Shown here one piece after another: positions 9,493 to 19,426 of a DNA stretch of 64,000 bases. The number at the start of each line of letters is the position of its first letter. Position 1 is the stretch's first letter. A model generated the notes under the pieces. That model was not told where the DNA came from. It saw only the letters and a program-made list of their open reading frames with translations, and did not search any database. The translations under genes were made by a program, and so were the position numbers. The DNA is taken from positions 544,001 to 608,000 of the forward strand of contig OZ242220.1 in assembly GCA_965206745.1 (NCBI GenBank). Direction: 5' to 3'. The DNA comes from Nitrosopumilus sp. GTDB lineage: Archaea > Thermoproteota > Nitrososphaeria > Nitrososphaerales > Nitrosopumilaceae.

Positions 9493-10272
9493 TTGACTGA
9501 CATAATCAGTAAAAAATTGGAATCCAAGCTAGATGACAAGCTAGACTCAAAACGGAGACGCTCCCCACTAGAGGACGGATTCAAGAAGGGCAAAGTAGTC
9601 AACGAGGTTCTAGACAAGCCAACTGTCATGACACTTTACAAGATGATCACAGATCACGTTATAGCTTATGTCAACGGTTCTGTAAGTGCGGGAAAGGAGT
9701 CGGTTCTTTTCTGGGGCGTTGATGGTGATGATGCCAGTGTCGCCTTGAAGATTTACCTGGTAAGCACTGCAAATTTCAAAAAACGTGAGCCCTACATCAC
9801 CGGGGATCCAAGATTCTCCCACCTCAAAAAGGGCACAAAGAATCTTGTCTACCTGTGGGCAAAAAAGGAGTATCGAAACTTGACCCAGTGCTATGAGGCA
9901 GGAATCCCTGTTCCAAGGCCGCTTTATGTCACAAACAACGTGCTTGCCATGGAGTTTATCGGTGACGGCGGAGCCCCTGCAAGATCACTGTTAACCTCGG
10001 AGGTCGATGAGGATGACTATCTTCAGGCCATATCCATTTTACAAGACATGTACAAAAAGGCAAAGCTGGTCCATGGTGACTATTCCGAATATAACATCTT
10101 CAAGACGGAAAAAGGACTGGTCGTCTTTGATCTGGGTTCCGGAGTTGATATCAGACATCCAAACGCACAAGAGTTTCTCAAACGTGATATTAATAATATC
10201 GGAAGGTTCTTCAATAAAAGAGGAGTTGCTGTTGAAGATTCAGAGAAGATACTTGGAGACATTGTAAGATGA
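9493..10272 (+). CDS. rio1: RIO1 serine protein kinase
   Basis: SAGKES, ALKIY, LVHGDYSEYNI, FDLGS. Confidence 0.93.
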   Translation: MTDIISKKLESKLDDKLDSKRRRSPLEDGFKKGKVVNEVLDKPTVMTLYKMITDHVIAYVNGSVSAGKESVLFWGVDGDDASVALKIYLVSTANFKKREPYITGDPRFSHLKKGTKNLVYLWAKKEYRNLTQCYEAGIPVPRPLYVTNNVLAMEFIGDGGAPARSLLTSEVDEDDYLQAISILQDMYKKAKLVHGDYSEYNIFKTEKGLVVFDLGSGVDIRHPNAQEFLKRDINNIGRFFNKRGVAVEDSEKILGDIVR

Positions 10273-10841
10273 GCTTTGAGAAGCTGCTCCGCATCCCAAA
10301 TGATCGGATTGCCGTGTTAATTGGCAAGTCCGGAATTATAAAGTCCGATATTGAACAGGCATGTCACGTCTCCCTGGAGATCGACGGCGATACAGGCGAG
10401 GTCATTATCCGGACACAGGGGGACGTTGAAAAGATACAGCCGTTCAAAGCCATGGAGATTGTCACTGCAATAGGGCGAGGATTCTCCCCTGAGAATGCCA
10501 TGACCCTGCTAAAGGGCCAGAACGCATTGCATGTGATAGATCTTCGGGAGTTTGCAGGAAAGTCAAATGCCAATGTTGAAAGGATAAAAGGGAGGATTAT
10601 TGGAGAGGGTGGTAGGGCAAGACGAAACATGGAAAATCTTAGTGGTACTCATATCTCAGTTTATGGAAAGACCGTATCAGTTATTGGCGACTCAAGCAAG
10701 CTGCGTCTGGCAGTGGATGCCATCTCCTCGATCTCAAGTGGAAGCATGCACGGTGCAGTTTATACAAAGTTGGAGGCAGCCAACCGCAAGGTAAAGCAGG
10801 AAAAGATGCAATTATGGGAAGATCAAGATGTCTTCTATTAA
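10269..10841 (+). CDS. KH-domain pre-rRNA processing protein (Dim2/Pno1/Krr1 family)
   Basis: LIGKSG, AIGRGFSPE and RIKGRIIGEGG KH motifs. Confidence 0.92.
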   Translation: MSFEKLLRIPNDRIAVLIGKSGIIKSDIEQACHVSLEIDGDTGEVIIRTQGDVEKIQPFKAMEIVTAIGRGFSPENAMTLLKGQNALHVIDLREFAGKSNANVERIKGRIIGEGGRARRNMENLSGTHISVYGKTVSVIGDSSKLRLAVDAISSISSGSMHGAVYTKLEAANRKVKQEKMQLWEDQDVFY

Positions 10842-12756
10842 TGAAAAATTCAACCAGATCTCACCAAGTGAATTCTTTTACAGCAATCGTGACTTGGCAG
10901 GATTCAGCAATCCAACAAGATCCCTTTACACTGCAGTCAGGGAGTTTGTCGAAAATGCCCTTGATGCATGTGACCAGAAGGGAATTCTCCCAAGCGTCCA
11001 CCTGATCATCGAGGCAGTCGACCCTGAAAAGCCGGATCCCAAGCCGTACATACTGACTGTAAGGGATAATGGTCCGGGAATAGATGCCGAGCACATTCCG
11101 CTTGCATTTGGAACCGTGCTTTATGGTTCCAAGTTCGGACTCAAGCAGGCAAGGGGGATGTTCGGACTCGGGGCAACCATGGCAATCCTTTATGGACAGA
11201 TCACCATCAACAAGCCTGTAACGGTAAAGAGTTCAGTTGACGGCATCACGCAAGACACCTTTGAGCTACTACTTGACATTCAAAAGAACAAGCCTGTAAT
11301 TGTAAAGCACACAACCAAGGACGTCTCAAGGAAGGGACTCAGTGTAAGCATCTATCTGCAGGGAGACTATTCAAAGGCGGGAAACAAGATAAGGGACTAT
11401 GTCTATGAGACATCGCTGATCACCCCGTATGCCTCAATTACCTTTGATGATCCAAAGGGGCAGAAATTCAGCCATCCAAGGTTTGTAAAGGATATTCCTC
11501 CGCCACCTACCATCATCCGCCCGCATCCGCACGGGATAGACGTGGAGCGAATCCGAAGGATGATAGTGGAATCGCAGTTTGAGATTCCAAACATCGATGA
11601 TGCAATGATTGAAAAGGTCCGAAAGGATCTGGGACTGTCGGCAAAGAATCTTGGCTTTAATGCAATCATGGATAAGGCAAAGAAAAAGTGGAAGACGCTT
11701 CCGCGACAGGTAAGGGTGGTGATTGCACTGATGTCGTTTTTGAAGATGGATTTTGAAAAGCTAAACAAGATAAAGATTGAGGATATCGACATGACAAACA
11801 AGAAACTCTTCTACTGGGACTTTGGCGACTCGCAGTCAAAGTCTGTCGACATGGATCCGGAAAGCCAGTACTACAAGCAGCTAACAAACACCGTACAGGG
11901 TGAGCCACTGACAACGTTTCTCACAAAGAGATTCCAGAGGATTGGGCCTACCACTGCAGTAAAGTTTGCAAATTTTGCAGGATTCAAGCCAGAAAAGAGA
12001 ATGGGAACCCTCTCAAACCAGGAACTGGTCAACCTCAGTGACTCTCTTCAGAGATTCGAAGATTTCATGGCACCTGATTCCACATGTCTTGCCCCATTAG
12101 GCGAGGTGCCGCTGGAGAAGGGAATCAAAAAGTTCTTCAATCCCGACTTTACTGCCGTAGTCCAGCGTCCTGCATCGGCATATTCTGGATTCCCGTTCAT
12201 CATTGAGATGGGCATCGCATATGGCGGGGATATAAAGTCCGGAGGTCCGCATGTCTACAGGTATGCCAACAGGATTCCGCTACTATACGATGAGGGAAGT
12301 GACGTCGTACTCAAGGTAGTCAATGAGACTGACTGGGGACGGTACAAGGTAAAGGGGGATCCTCCGTTTATCATAGTGTCACACATCTGCTCCACTAGGA
12401 TCCCGTACAAGACTGCAGGAAAGGAGAATGTTGCAGACAGGCCGGAAATTGAGCGGGAGCTCAGATTGGGACTGCAGTTTTTGTCTCGAAAGCTGGCAGC
12501 ATACATGTCAAAGCGTGGCCAGGCCGATATGGCAAAAAAGAGGGCAAACCTTTATGCAAAGTATATACCGCTGATTGCAGAGTTTTGCACAGAGCTTGCC
12601 GGAAAAAAGAAACAGCCTAATTACAAAAAGATTCTTGAAGACAATGCAGTTGAGCCAAAACCGACAGATAGTACCGTTGAACCAAAGCCCGCAGATGGTA
12701 CCGTTGAACAAAAACCCGCAGAGGGCAGTACCGGAGAACCAGTAGGGGAGAACTAG
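10828..12756 (+). CDS. top6B: DNA topoisomerase VI subunit B
   Basis: GHKL motifs EFVENALDA, DNGPG, RGMFGLG; RYANRIPLLY transducer domain. Confidence 0.97.
   Translation: MSSINEKFNQISPSEFFYSNRDLAGFSNPTRSLYTAVREFVENALDACDQKGILPSVHLIIEAVDPEKPDPKPYILTVRDNGPGIDAEHIPLAFGTVLYGSKFGLKQARGMFGLGATMAILYGQITINKPVTVKSSVDGITQDTFELLLDIQKNKPVIVKHTTKDVSRKGLSVSIYLQGDYSKAGNKIRDYVYETSLITPYASITFDDPKGQKFSHPRFVKDIPPPPTIIRPHPHGIDVERIRRMIVESQFEIPNIDDAMIEKVRKDLGLSAKNLGFNAIMDKAKKKWKTLPRQVRVVIALMSFLKMDFEKLNKIKIEDIDMTNKKLFYWDFGDSQSKSVDMDPESQYYKQLTNTVQGEPLTTFLTKRFQRIGPTTAVKFANFAGFKPEKRMGTLSNQELVNLSDSLQRFEDFMAPDSTCLAPLGEVPLEKGIKKFFNPDFTAVVQRPASAYSGFPFIIEMGIAYGGDIKSGGPHVYRYANRIPLLYDEGSDVVLKVVNETDWGRYKVKGDPPFIIVSHICSTRIPYKTAGKENVADRPEIERELRLGLQFLSRKLAAYMSKRGQADMAKKRANLYAKYIPLIAEFCTELAGKKKQPNYKKILEDNAVEPKPTDSTVEPKPADGTVEQKPAEGSTGEPVGEN
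12649..12732 (+). repeat. Three imperfect 27-bp repeats in the Top6B tail (VEPKPTDST/VEPKPADGT/VEQKPAEGST)
   Basis: Read from the sequence. Confidence 0.8.
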
Positions 12757-12757
12757 A

Positions 12758-13879
12758 TTGACTGCAACCAAGAAAGAGCAAACCAGAATCAAGGAGCGAA
12801 GCAAAAAGGCTGATCTGAAACAAAAGAACATCCTTGAGATGCTCAAAAGCCACGGCGCAAAGATATATGACGAACTAGACAACGGACAGTTTCCAAAATT
12901 CTCCATTCCAAGCAGATCCGTAAACAATATTGTCTATGACAAAAAGCTCAGGCAGTACATTCTTGGGAGCAATGCCGCAATCAGAAGCTCGAGAAACTCT
13001 GCACAACTGAGATCCTTTACCCAGCTGATGTGGCTGGCATTCTTTGCAAACAGGCTGACACATGAGAAGAAATCATCCACTCTGAGGGATGTCTACTATT
13101 CATCGCAGGCATTTGCAATCGAGTTTGAAGACCAGTCAGAGTCTGACAATATCATTGTAGACTTGGAGGCTGTAACCTCCAAACCAAGGGAGGACTTTCA
13201 CATATTTCCTGAAGAGCGAAGCTCCATCTTTGGGGATTTGAACATAGAGTATACCATACCCGGATATGAGGGAAAGACCATGAACCTCTCAAACCATCCT
13301 GACGGGTATTCCATAGGTCCGAGTCTGACTACTGCCGAACTAGTTGATACCAGTGCGGAGATTGTTATTGCAATTGAAAAGGGCGGCCTATTCACCAGGT
13401 TTGTAGAGGAACAGATTGACAAGAAATTCAAGTCCATCATTATCAATACGGGGGGACAGGCACCGCGTTCAACTAGAACCCTGCTAAAGAGGCTGCACGA
13501 GGAGATGAAGCTGCCTGTGATAGTTCTGACTGACGGGGATGTGTACGGGGAGCACATTGCGATGGTCATAAAGTCCGGCTCTGCCAATGCTGCGCACCTG
13601 CGGGAACTGACAGTCCCTGATGCAAAGTGGGTGGGCGTGTGGGCTACAGACATTGAAAAATACAAGCTGCCAACGATCCCAATGACCGAGTCTGACATCA
13701 AGCGATGCCATGATCTGAAAAAGGATCCCAGGTATCAGGATGGAATTTGGAAGAAGGAGCTTGACGTGTTTCTGAGATTAAAGAGAAAGGCAGAGCTTGA
13801 GGCCTTTTCAAAATACGGCCTGACTAACATCACTGACAAGTATCTGCCACAAAAGCTAGAGTTGGCAAAGAGTCTCTGA
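12758..13879 (+). CDS. top6A: DNA topoisomerase VI subunit A
   Basis: STLRDVYY with catalytic Tyr; Toprim IEK and TDGDVYG. Confidence 0.97.
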   Translation: MTATKKEQTRIKERSKKADLKQKNILEMLKSHGAKIYDELDNGQFPKFSIPSRSVNNIVYDKKLRQYILGSNAAIRSSRNSAQLRSFTQLMWLAFFANRLTHEKKSSTLRDVYYSSQAFAIEFEDQSESDNIIVDLEAVTSKPREDFHIFPEERSSIFGDLNIEYTIPGYEGKTMNLSNHPDGYSIGPSLTTAELVDTSAEIVIAIEKGGLFTRFVEEQIDKKFKSIIINTGGQAPRSTRTLLKRLHEEMKLPVIVLTDGDVYGEHIAMVIKSGSANAAHLRELTVPDAKWVGVWATDIEKYKLPTIPMTESDIKRCHDLKKDPRYQDGIWKKELDVFLRLKRKAELEAFSKYGLTNITDKYLPQKLELAKSL

Positions 13880-14362
13880 TTATTTTATCCTCAGCGTCAA
13901 TACGCCGTTTCTATATTTGAAATCAAATATCTGCATCTCATTGGAGCCGGCTATTGGAATCTCCTTTGAAAATCCGGACGTGCCACGAATGTATAATATT
14001 CCGTCTATCAGCCTGACTGCAATCTTGTCCTCAGGACCTGGAACCTCTGCGACAAAAACAAACTCTTCCTCCCCCTTGATTAAATCATAGACCCAGTTCT
14101 TTGTCTCCTGTTCCCTGGATTTGGTGTATGTTGGTTTTTGATCCTTTGCCATCTTTTTTAGGATTCTGACCCAGTAAAACATTGTAAGTGCTGCTGCGCC
14201 AATCAGGATAAAACTGACAAATCCTGTATCTGCCCTGTCGGTCATGATGTAGATTATTCCCAAGAACAAGATGACGGCTATGGGAATTACAAAATTTAAT
14301 GACTGCTCATTTGAGTATGCTCCCTTGTAACTAGCCAAACAGTAAATATTACTGCCTGCCAA
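13880..14362 (-). CDS. Membrane-anchored Hsp20/alpha-crystallin-like protein
   Basis: Two transmembrane helices, VAEVPG, C-terminal YRNGVLTLRI. Confidence 0.8.
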   Translation of the reverse strand: MAGSNIYCLASYKGAYSNEQSLNFVIPIAVILFLGIIYIMTDRADTGFVSFILIGAAALTMFYWVRILKKMAKDQKPTYTKSREQETKNWVYDLIKGEEEFVFVAEVPGPEDKIAVRLIDGILYIRGTSGFSKEIPIAGSNEMQIFDFKYRNGVLTLRIK

Positions 14363-14443
14363 ATATAAAGCCTCTTTGGTATTGCAGAAATTATCCTCAC
14401 TTTTGGTTTAATTATCCAAATAGCTGCCAGATGTTTTAGATTC

Positions 14444-15529
14444 CTATCCTTCCAGATTATCCACTATTTCCTCTAGCTGTGCCTTGATCTCCTTCTCAGT
14501 CTTCTTTGCAATCTCTTCGATATCTTCCGTGGATTTGTTGATGTTGGTACACTGTCTCTTGATTTTACGCAAATCTTCAATCTTTTGTCGAATCTCTGAT
14601 GTCTTTGCAAGGATCAATTCAGCATCAAGCTTCTTCTCCTTGGTGCTCTCTGATCGTAATTTTGCCCTGGCCCATTTGTAAGCAATGTGGATTATCTCCC
14701 CATCCATTATCTCCTCTTCGTCATTTTCAACGGCACAAACTAGATGATTTCCATCATATTCATTGAACCATCCAACGGTATCTGGAAGTGAATTTTTATT
14801 TTTTGCCACAAAAATGGCATAATCTGCCCCTCTGTTCTCCATGGAATCTTTTAGCTCCCTGTGGATGTCCTTCTCTGAAATTCTGTTCATGTTTTTCATT
14901 TCAAAGACAATCTTCTTTCCGATATCGCCTAGTGTCAAAACAAAATCCCCCTTTTTTGAGCCAGTTATCTTGCCTGGAATAGTACCTGTTTCCTCTAATC
15001 TGTCTGAATGAACTCTTGCAATCCATTGCAGTTTCTCTGCACACTGCTCTTCAAAGACTAGTCCTTTCTTCGTGCCCCGCTCTTCTGCTTCTTTGACTGC
15101 TTCGTTTATTCCAATCTTTTCTCTAATTTTATCCAGGTTTTCATCCAGATCCTTTCTGAGAATGTATAGCGGGCTTCCCTCACGATTAGGATTGAACAGT
15201 TCTTTGATGACCTTTCCGTCTTCTCCAAAATGATCTCTTACAACTTGAGAAAACTGTCCTCTTTCCCCAAATACCCCATCTAATTTTTTGGAAAAGTCTG
15301 AATCCAAGTTATCAAATGCCTTTTCAACATAATCTATGTTTTCAGACGCCCCGATTGACCTTGTTACAGATATTCCAACCTTTAGCAGATTCAACAATTT
15401 TTCTTCTAGATCTTCTGACTCGTTCAAATTTTGAAAATATGACACAATATCGCTGTCATGAATCTGAAAGTCTTTGAGGTATAACCCGTCCTCAGTTGAT
15501 CTGATTTTGTCTTGTTGTTCAGAGGTCAC
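14444..15529 (-). CDS. Coiled-coil protein with PD-(D/E)XK-like domain (RmuC/DUF2130-like)
   Basis: KGLVFEE...KKGDFVL...IVFEMKN flanked by coiled coils. Confidence 0.7.
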   Translation of the reverse strand: MTSEQQDKIRSTEDGLYLKDFQIHDSDIVSYFQNLNESEDLEEKLLNLLKVGISVTRSIGASENIDYVEKAFDNLDSDFSKKLDGVFGERGQFSQVVRDHFGEDGKVIKELFNPNREGSPLYILRKDLDENLDKIREKIGINEAVKEAEERGTKKGLVFEEQCAEKLQWIARVHSDRLEETGTIPGKITGSKKGDFVLTLGDIGKKIVFEMKNMNRISEKDIHRELKDSMENRGADYAIFVAKNKNSLPDTVGWFNEYDGNHLVCAVENDEEEIMDGEIIHIAYKWARAKLRSESTKEKKLDAELILAKTSEIRQKIEDLRKIKRQCTNINKSTEDIEEIAKKTEKEIKAQLEEIVDNLEG

Positions 15530-15624
15530 TAGTGTAACAGATTTTTGATATCCTCTATTTATAGGATCTTTGGATTATCAAAATGAAAATACCTCCTCAT
15601 GGAAATCCCCTTGCTAATTTGATA

Positions 15625-16515
15625 CTATGGGAAATAATCTTCATCTATCTTTTTTAATTCCATTTTGGACTCTGGGGAAAAACCCACATTATATTCAAAC
15701 ATTAATTCTGCCAATTTTTTTCCATTAATTAGGATGATTCTGCTAGATGTCTCTTGAACGAATTTCTTCGTTTCCTGAGAAAAATCTGATGTCGTCAGGA
15801 AGATTCCTTTTTTAGATTTTTTGGCATCTAAAGAACCTGCAAAATCTCGAATCGCACTACCTGGTACGGTTCCTTGGTATCTTTTTGCTTGAAGTAAAAT
15901 TTGTTCTAATCCTAGTTTATCTCCATAAATCACTCCATCAATACCCTCGTCTCCGCTTTTTCCAGTAACTGTACCGCTTCCATAGCCCATTTTTTGAATC
16001 AAGTTAACAACCAATTGTTCAAAAAAATCAAATGTGTTTTCTTTTACTTTATCTAAAATTTCTGATTCTACTTCCTGTCTATATTTCTTATAACCCAAAC
16101 TCAATAAATCTTCTGGAGATGCATCTTCATCTGATATTAAAGAGATTACATCATCTTTACTATCTTCTTTCATTTTGTTAAAAAATTCAGAATATTTTGG
16201 AATTCCCATCAAATATTTCCTGTCCATCTGTTCTGGATTCTTTTCTAAAATTTCTTTTCCACTAGAGGTAATTTTGATTGTTTTATCTGCAAGTTTTTCA
16301 ATCAAATCAGCTTTCTTCAAGTCAAATATGGCCCATCCTATTCTACTATCTATGATGGTTTGACTGCCACTTGGTTTGAGTAATTTTCTTTCTTCTTCAG
16401 TTAATTTGAAGTGTTGATATACTATCTCTTTAATCTCTTTCATTGGTTTTGGTGTTTTATCTTTTAGAGTTTGAAGAATTGGTAATGTTATCTCATGATA
16501 TTTTGGAAGAATCAA
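15625..16515 (-). CDS. mrr: Mrr family (type IV) restriction endonuclease
   Basis: Mrr_N (PKYHEITLPIL...SRIGWA) plus catalytic FEQLV...DEGIDG...QAKRY...GIFLTTSDFS; start taken at TTG 16515 (ORF track gives 16560). Confidence 0.93.
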   Translation of the reverse strand: MILPKYHEITLPILQTLKDKTPKPMKEIKEIVYQHFKLTEEERKLLKPSGSQTIIDSRIGWAIFDLKKADLIEKLADKTIKITSSGKEILEKNPEQMDRKYLMGIPKYSEFFNKMKEDSKDDVISLISDEDASPEDLLSLGYKKYRQEVESEILDKVKENTFDFFEQLVVNLIQKMGYGSGTVTGKSGDEGIDGVIYGDKLGLEQILLQAKRYQGTVPGSAIRDFAGSLDAKKSKKGIFLTTSDFSQETKKFVQETSSRIILINGKKLAELMFEYNVGFSPESKMELKKIDEDYFP

Positions 16516-16742
16516 ATATTTTACTGTCTCCTCTGCATCACAAATTGATACATAATCCAATCTGGAACGTTTTTGATATTCTGGTTCTGCACCAATTCCT
16601 CATTAAACATTGACTCTTTTGATATTTCATCCATTACTTATCTATTTTGTAATCGTAAATATGGAATACCTGAACCTGACTGTACCTCGGGGCCTGACCA
16701 ACGTCAAATGTAGAACCTGATCTTTGGTTTTTATTACCATTT

Positions 16743-16976
16743 TTGAAATTCCCGATATTGTCTGATGACAAGCAATCAAAACTCTCAATCCGTGAAATTG
16801 CACTAAGGGGAACCCTCATTGCTGCAATCATTACCATTCCATCTGTCATAGCGTTTGTCTCTGCCTGGCTGATACTGGAGAATCTGGTCTATGCTGCAGT
16901 ATTGGGGGCAATAGTTCATTTTATTGCCATGGGATTCTCCCTGAGAATCTCCAGAAAAATCCTGGTCAAAAAATAG
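16743..16976 (+). CDS. Small two-transmembrane protein
   Basis: 77-aa ORF with two hydrophobic helices. Confidence 0.7.
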   Translation: MKFPILSDDKQSKLSIREIALRGTLIAAIITIPSVIAFVSAWLILENLVYAAVLGAIVHFIAMGFSLRISRKILVKK

Positions 16977-17019
16977 CACATAGATCATGTTTTATGTTGT
17001 ACAGTCCAGTTCAAAACTA

Positions 17020-17373
17020 ATGTCCTACTTGGGAATTGAGCACGATCTCGTCTCTGAAATCCGCCTGAACTCCCTTCAGGCCAAGGTCTTTCTGCTGGTG
17101 ACATGTTCTGGCAGAATGTCCCCTGAAAAAATTGCCGAGAAACTGGGGATCCCAGTTGATGATGCAAGGGAGACATCAAGGGACCTCATGGCACTTGGCG
17201 CATTTATTGACATCACAGCAGAAGAGTTTGAGGCCATGCATCCCAGGTTCACTGCGGTAAACATGTACAGGAAGATGTGTGAGCGGGAGAATGTTGAATT
17301 TAAGCAGAACAAGGCAGTCGATAACATTGGGGTGGTCTTGGAAAAACCCTACGATGATGCAAGGACTAAATAA
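17020..17373 (+). CDS. TrmB-like helix-turn-helix protein
   Basis: QAKVFLL...MSPEKIAEKLGIP winged-HTH pattern. Confidence 0.7.
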   Translation: MSYLGIEHDLVSEIRLNSLQAKVFLLVTCSGRMSPEKIAEKLGIPVDDARETSRDLMALGAFIDITAEEFEAMHPRFTAVNMYRKMCERENVEFKQNKAVDNIGVVLEKPYDDARTK

Positions 17374-17395
17374 TGCTAAAACTCGGCAAAGAGCA

Positions 17396-17794
17396 TTGAG
17401 CATTGATACTGAGACATGCAAGCATCAGCCAGTATATTTTGGCGTGGTAAACATCAACGTTGATGAGAGGACCATCGGGTCAGTTGACGTATGGCGATGC
17501 GGGGCCTGCAAGAAAAAATTCTGCGAGGAAAAGCAGCTTGGAATCGAGGAGATTGCAGAGACAGTAGGGATGCCAAAGATTGATGCAGATGCAAAATGGG
17601 CAGTAACTGTGTGCAGACTGCAGCAGGGAAAATACAAATGGAAACTGGTGAAAATAAAGGAGACAGGGGAGATAAAGCACGAGTGTCTTGAAGAAAAAGT
17701 GGTTCCCCTTGTGATTAACGATTTTAAGGTAAAAGATGACCAGCATTGGAGCTTTTTAATTGATGAGAATGTCAACAGGGCCGTAGAAATCTAG
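17396..17794 (+). CDS. Cys-rich hypothetical protein
   Basis: CKH, CGAC and HEC motifs; start taken at in-frame TTG 17396. Confidence 0.72.
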   Translation: MSIDTETCKHQPVYFGVVNINVDERTIGSVDVWRCGACKKKFCEEKQLGIEEIAETVGMPKIDADAKWAVTVCRLQQGKYKWKLVKIKETGEIKHECLEEKVVPLVINDFKVKDDQHWSFLIDENVNRAVEI

Positions 17795-17802
17795 TCTTTG
17801 AA

Positions 17803-18087
17803 ATGGAACTCCAAGTTCACATCAACAATATTCGTGGAAGCCAGATGGCAGCCAAGATAACTGGCAATTTCACAATTGACGGAAACGACTTTCGCTTTAC
17901 GGCCATTGCCTTTGGCAGGATAGGCGGGCAGAACATCGGGGCAAAACTATCCCAGACCACTGAGGAGGAGCTGGCAAAGCTAGGCTATGATGTTGACAAG
18001 GTCATAGATATGCTTCAGAGGAACCTGCTTGAAGGGGACTTGACGCTTCCAGAGGGACTTGACAAAGAGTCCTTTGTAGATGACTAG
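17803..18087 (+). CDS. Hypothetical protein
   Basis: 94-aa ORF co-oriented and closely spaced with the previous gene. Confidence 0.75.
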   Translation: MELQVHINNIRGSQMAAKITGNFTIDGNDFRFTAIAFGRIGGQNIGAKLSQTTEEELAKLGYDVDKVIDMLQRNLLEGDLTLPEGLDKESFVDD

Positions 18088-18875
18088 AATTCTGCCTCTT
18101 CTAGTGCCTTTGCACACGAACAGCCTCTAGTTTTGGGAATCATATCTATTAACTCTGCAAGCATTCTCTTTGTCTTCTCCACGTTCCTTGAAAGTGTCCC
18201 AATTACCTCCTTGGCTGTCACCGGCTTTTCTGCCCATACATCATAGTCTGTCACTGTGGATACTGATGCATAGCACATCTGTGCCTCCCTTGCCAGCTGG
18301 CATTCTGGGACTAGTGTCATTCCGATGATATCAGCCCCAGTGGTCTTGTAGAATTTTGACTCGGCCTTTGTAGAGAACCGCGGACCCTCTATGCACACAT
18401 ATGTGCAGTCCCTGTGAATGTGCAAATCCTGCTTTTGAGCTGTCTGGAGAATTGATGACTGTAACTCTGGACAGAACGGTTCTGCCACTGAGATGTGTAT
18501 GACTCTGCCCTCCTCTGAAAATGTTCCGTCTCGGGACTTTGTAAAGTCTATGAACTGTGTGGGTAATGCAAAGTGTCCTGGTTCCAGCTCTTCTTTTAGG
18601 CTTCCCACTGCTGATGGGGCGATGATTCTTGTAACTCCCAACTCTTTGAATGCCCAGATGTTTGCCCTGAAGTTAATCTTGTGCGGTGGTATCGTGTGCT
18701 TTTTTCCGTGTCTGGCAAGAAATGCAATCTTTCTTCCCTTGAAGGTACCGACTGTGATGGTATCAGAAGGCTTCCCATAGGGGGTATCAACGTCAATCTC
18801 TTGGGCATTCTCAAGCAGACCTGAATCATAAATTCCGGTTCCGCCAAAAATCCCTATCTCGATATCCTTTTCCAT
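18084..18875 (-). CDS. mtnP: S-methyl-5'-thioadenosine phosphorylase
   Basis: GIFGGTG, TPYG, RHG..H.IPPH, EGPRFST, IGMT, VTDYD. Confidence 0.95.
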   Translation of the reverse strand: MEKDIEIGIFGGTGIYDSGLLENAQEIDVDTPYGKPSDTITVGTFKGRKIAFLARHGKKHTIPPHKINFRANIWAFKELGVTRIIAPSAVGSLKEELEPGHFALPTQFIDFTKSRDGTFSEEGRVIHISVAEPFCPELQSSILQTAQKQDLHIHRDCTYVCIEGPRFSTKAESKFYKTTGADIIGMTLVPECQLAREAQMCYASVSTVTDYDVWAEKPVTAKEVIGTLSRNVEKTKRMLAELIDMIPKTRGCSCAKALEEAEF

Positions 18876-19387
18876 CAGTACTTTACCAGTGATTTACACT
18901 TGTATTTGGCCAGCCCCTTGATTCCTTTCAGATCGGCCAGTTCTATTATAAATGCAAATCCCGTGATCTCTCCTCCCACCTTCTCAACTAGTTTTGCAGA
19001 TGCCTTTGCCGTACCTCCCGTGGCAAGCAGGTCATCACAAATTAGCACCTTTTCTCCCTCCTTGATGCTGTCTTTTTGGATCTCTATGGTGTCCTTTCCA
19101 TACTCTATGGTATATGCCAGTTTTGCAGTCTTTCCGGGCAATTTGCCTGCCTTCCTTATCATCACCATGCCCTTGTTGTACCTTGAGGCTAGAACAGAGG
19201 CTAGGATGAATCCCCTTGACTCGATTCCGGCAAAGACATCGATGTCATTTGGATGAAAGTATTTTGAGAACTCGTCGGCAACATATGACAATGCCGACGG
19301 ATCCCTTAGAATCGGGCCAAAGTCTCTAAATAAGATTCCTTTTTTGGGGAAATTCGGATGATCTGCTATCTTGTTTTTTAGGTTCAT
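18875..19387 (-). CDS. apt: Adenine phosphoribosyltransferase
   Basis: [28 protein letters not shown]. Confidence 0.95.
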   Translation of the reverse strand: MNLKNKIADHPNFPKKGILFRDFGPILRDPSALSYVADEFSKYFHPNDIDVFAGIESRGFILASVLASRYNKGMVMIRKAGKLPGKTAKLAYTIEYGKDTIEIQKDSIKEGEKVLICDDLLATGGTAKASAKLVEKVGGEITGFAFIIELADLKGIKGLAKYKCKSLVKY

Positions 19388-19426
19388 GATGTCTTCCCCA
19401 ACTAGGTAAGATAAAATTGTTTGATA

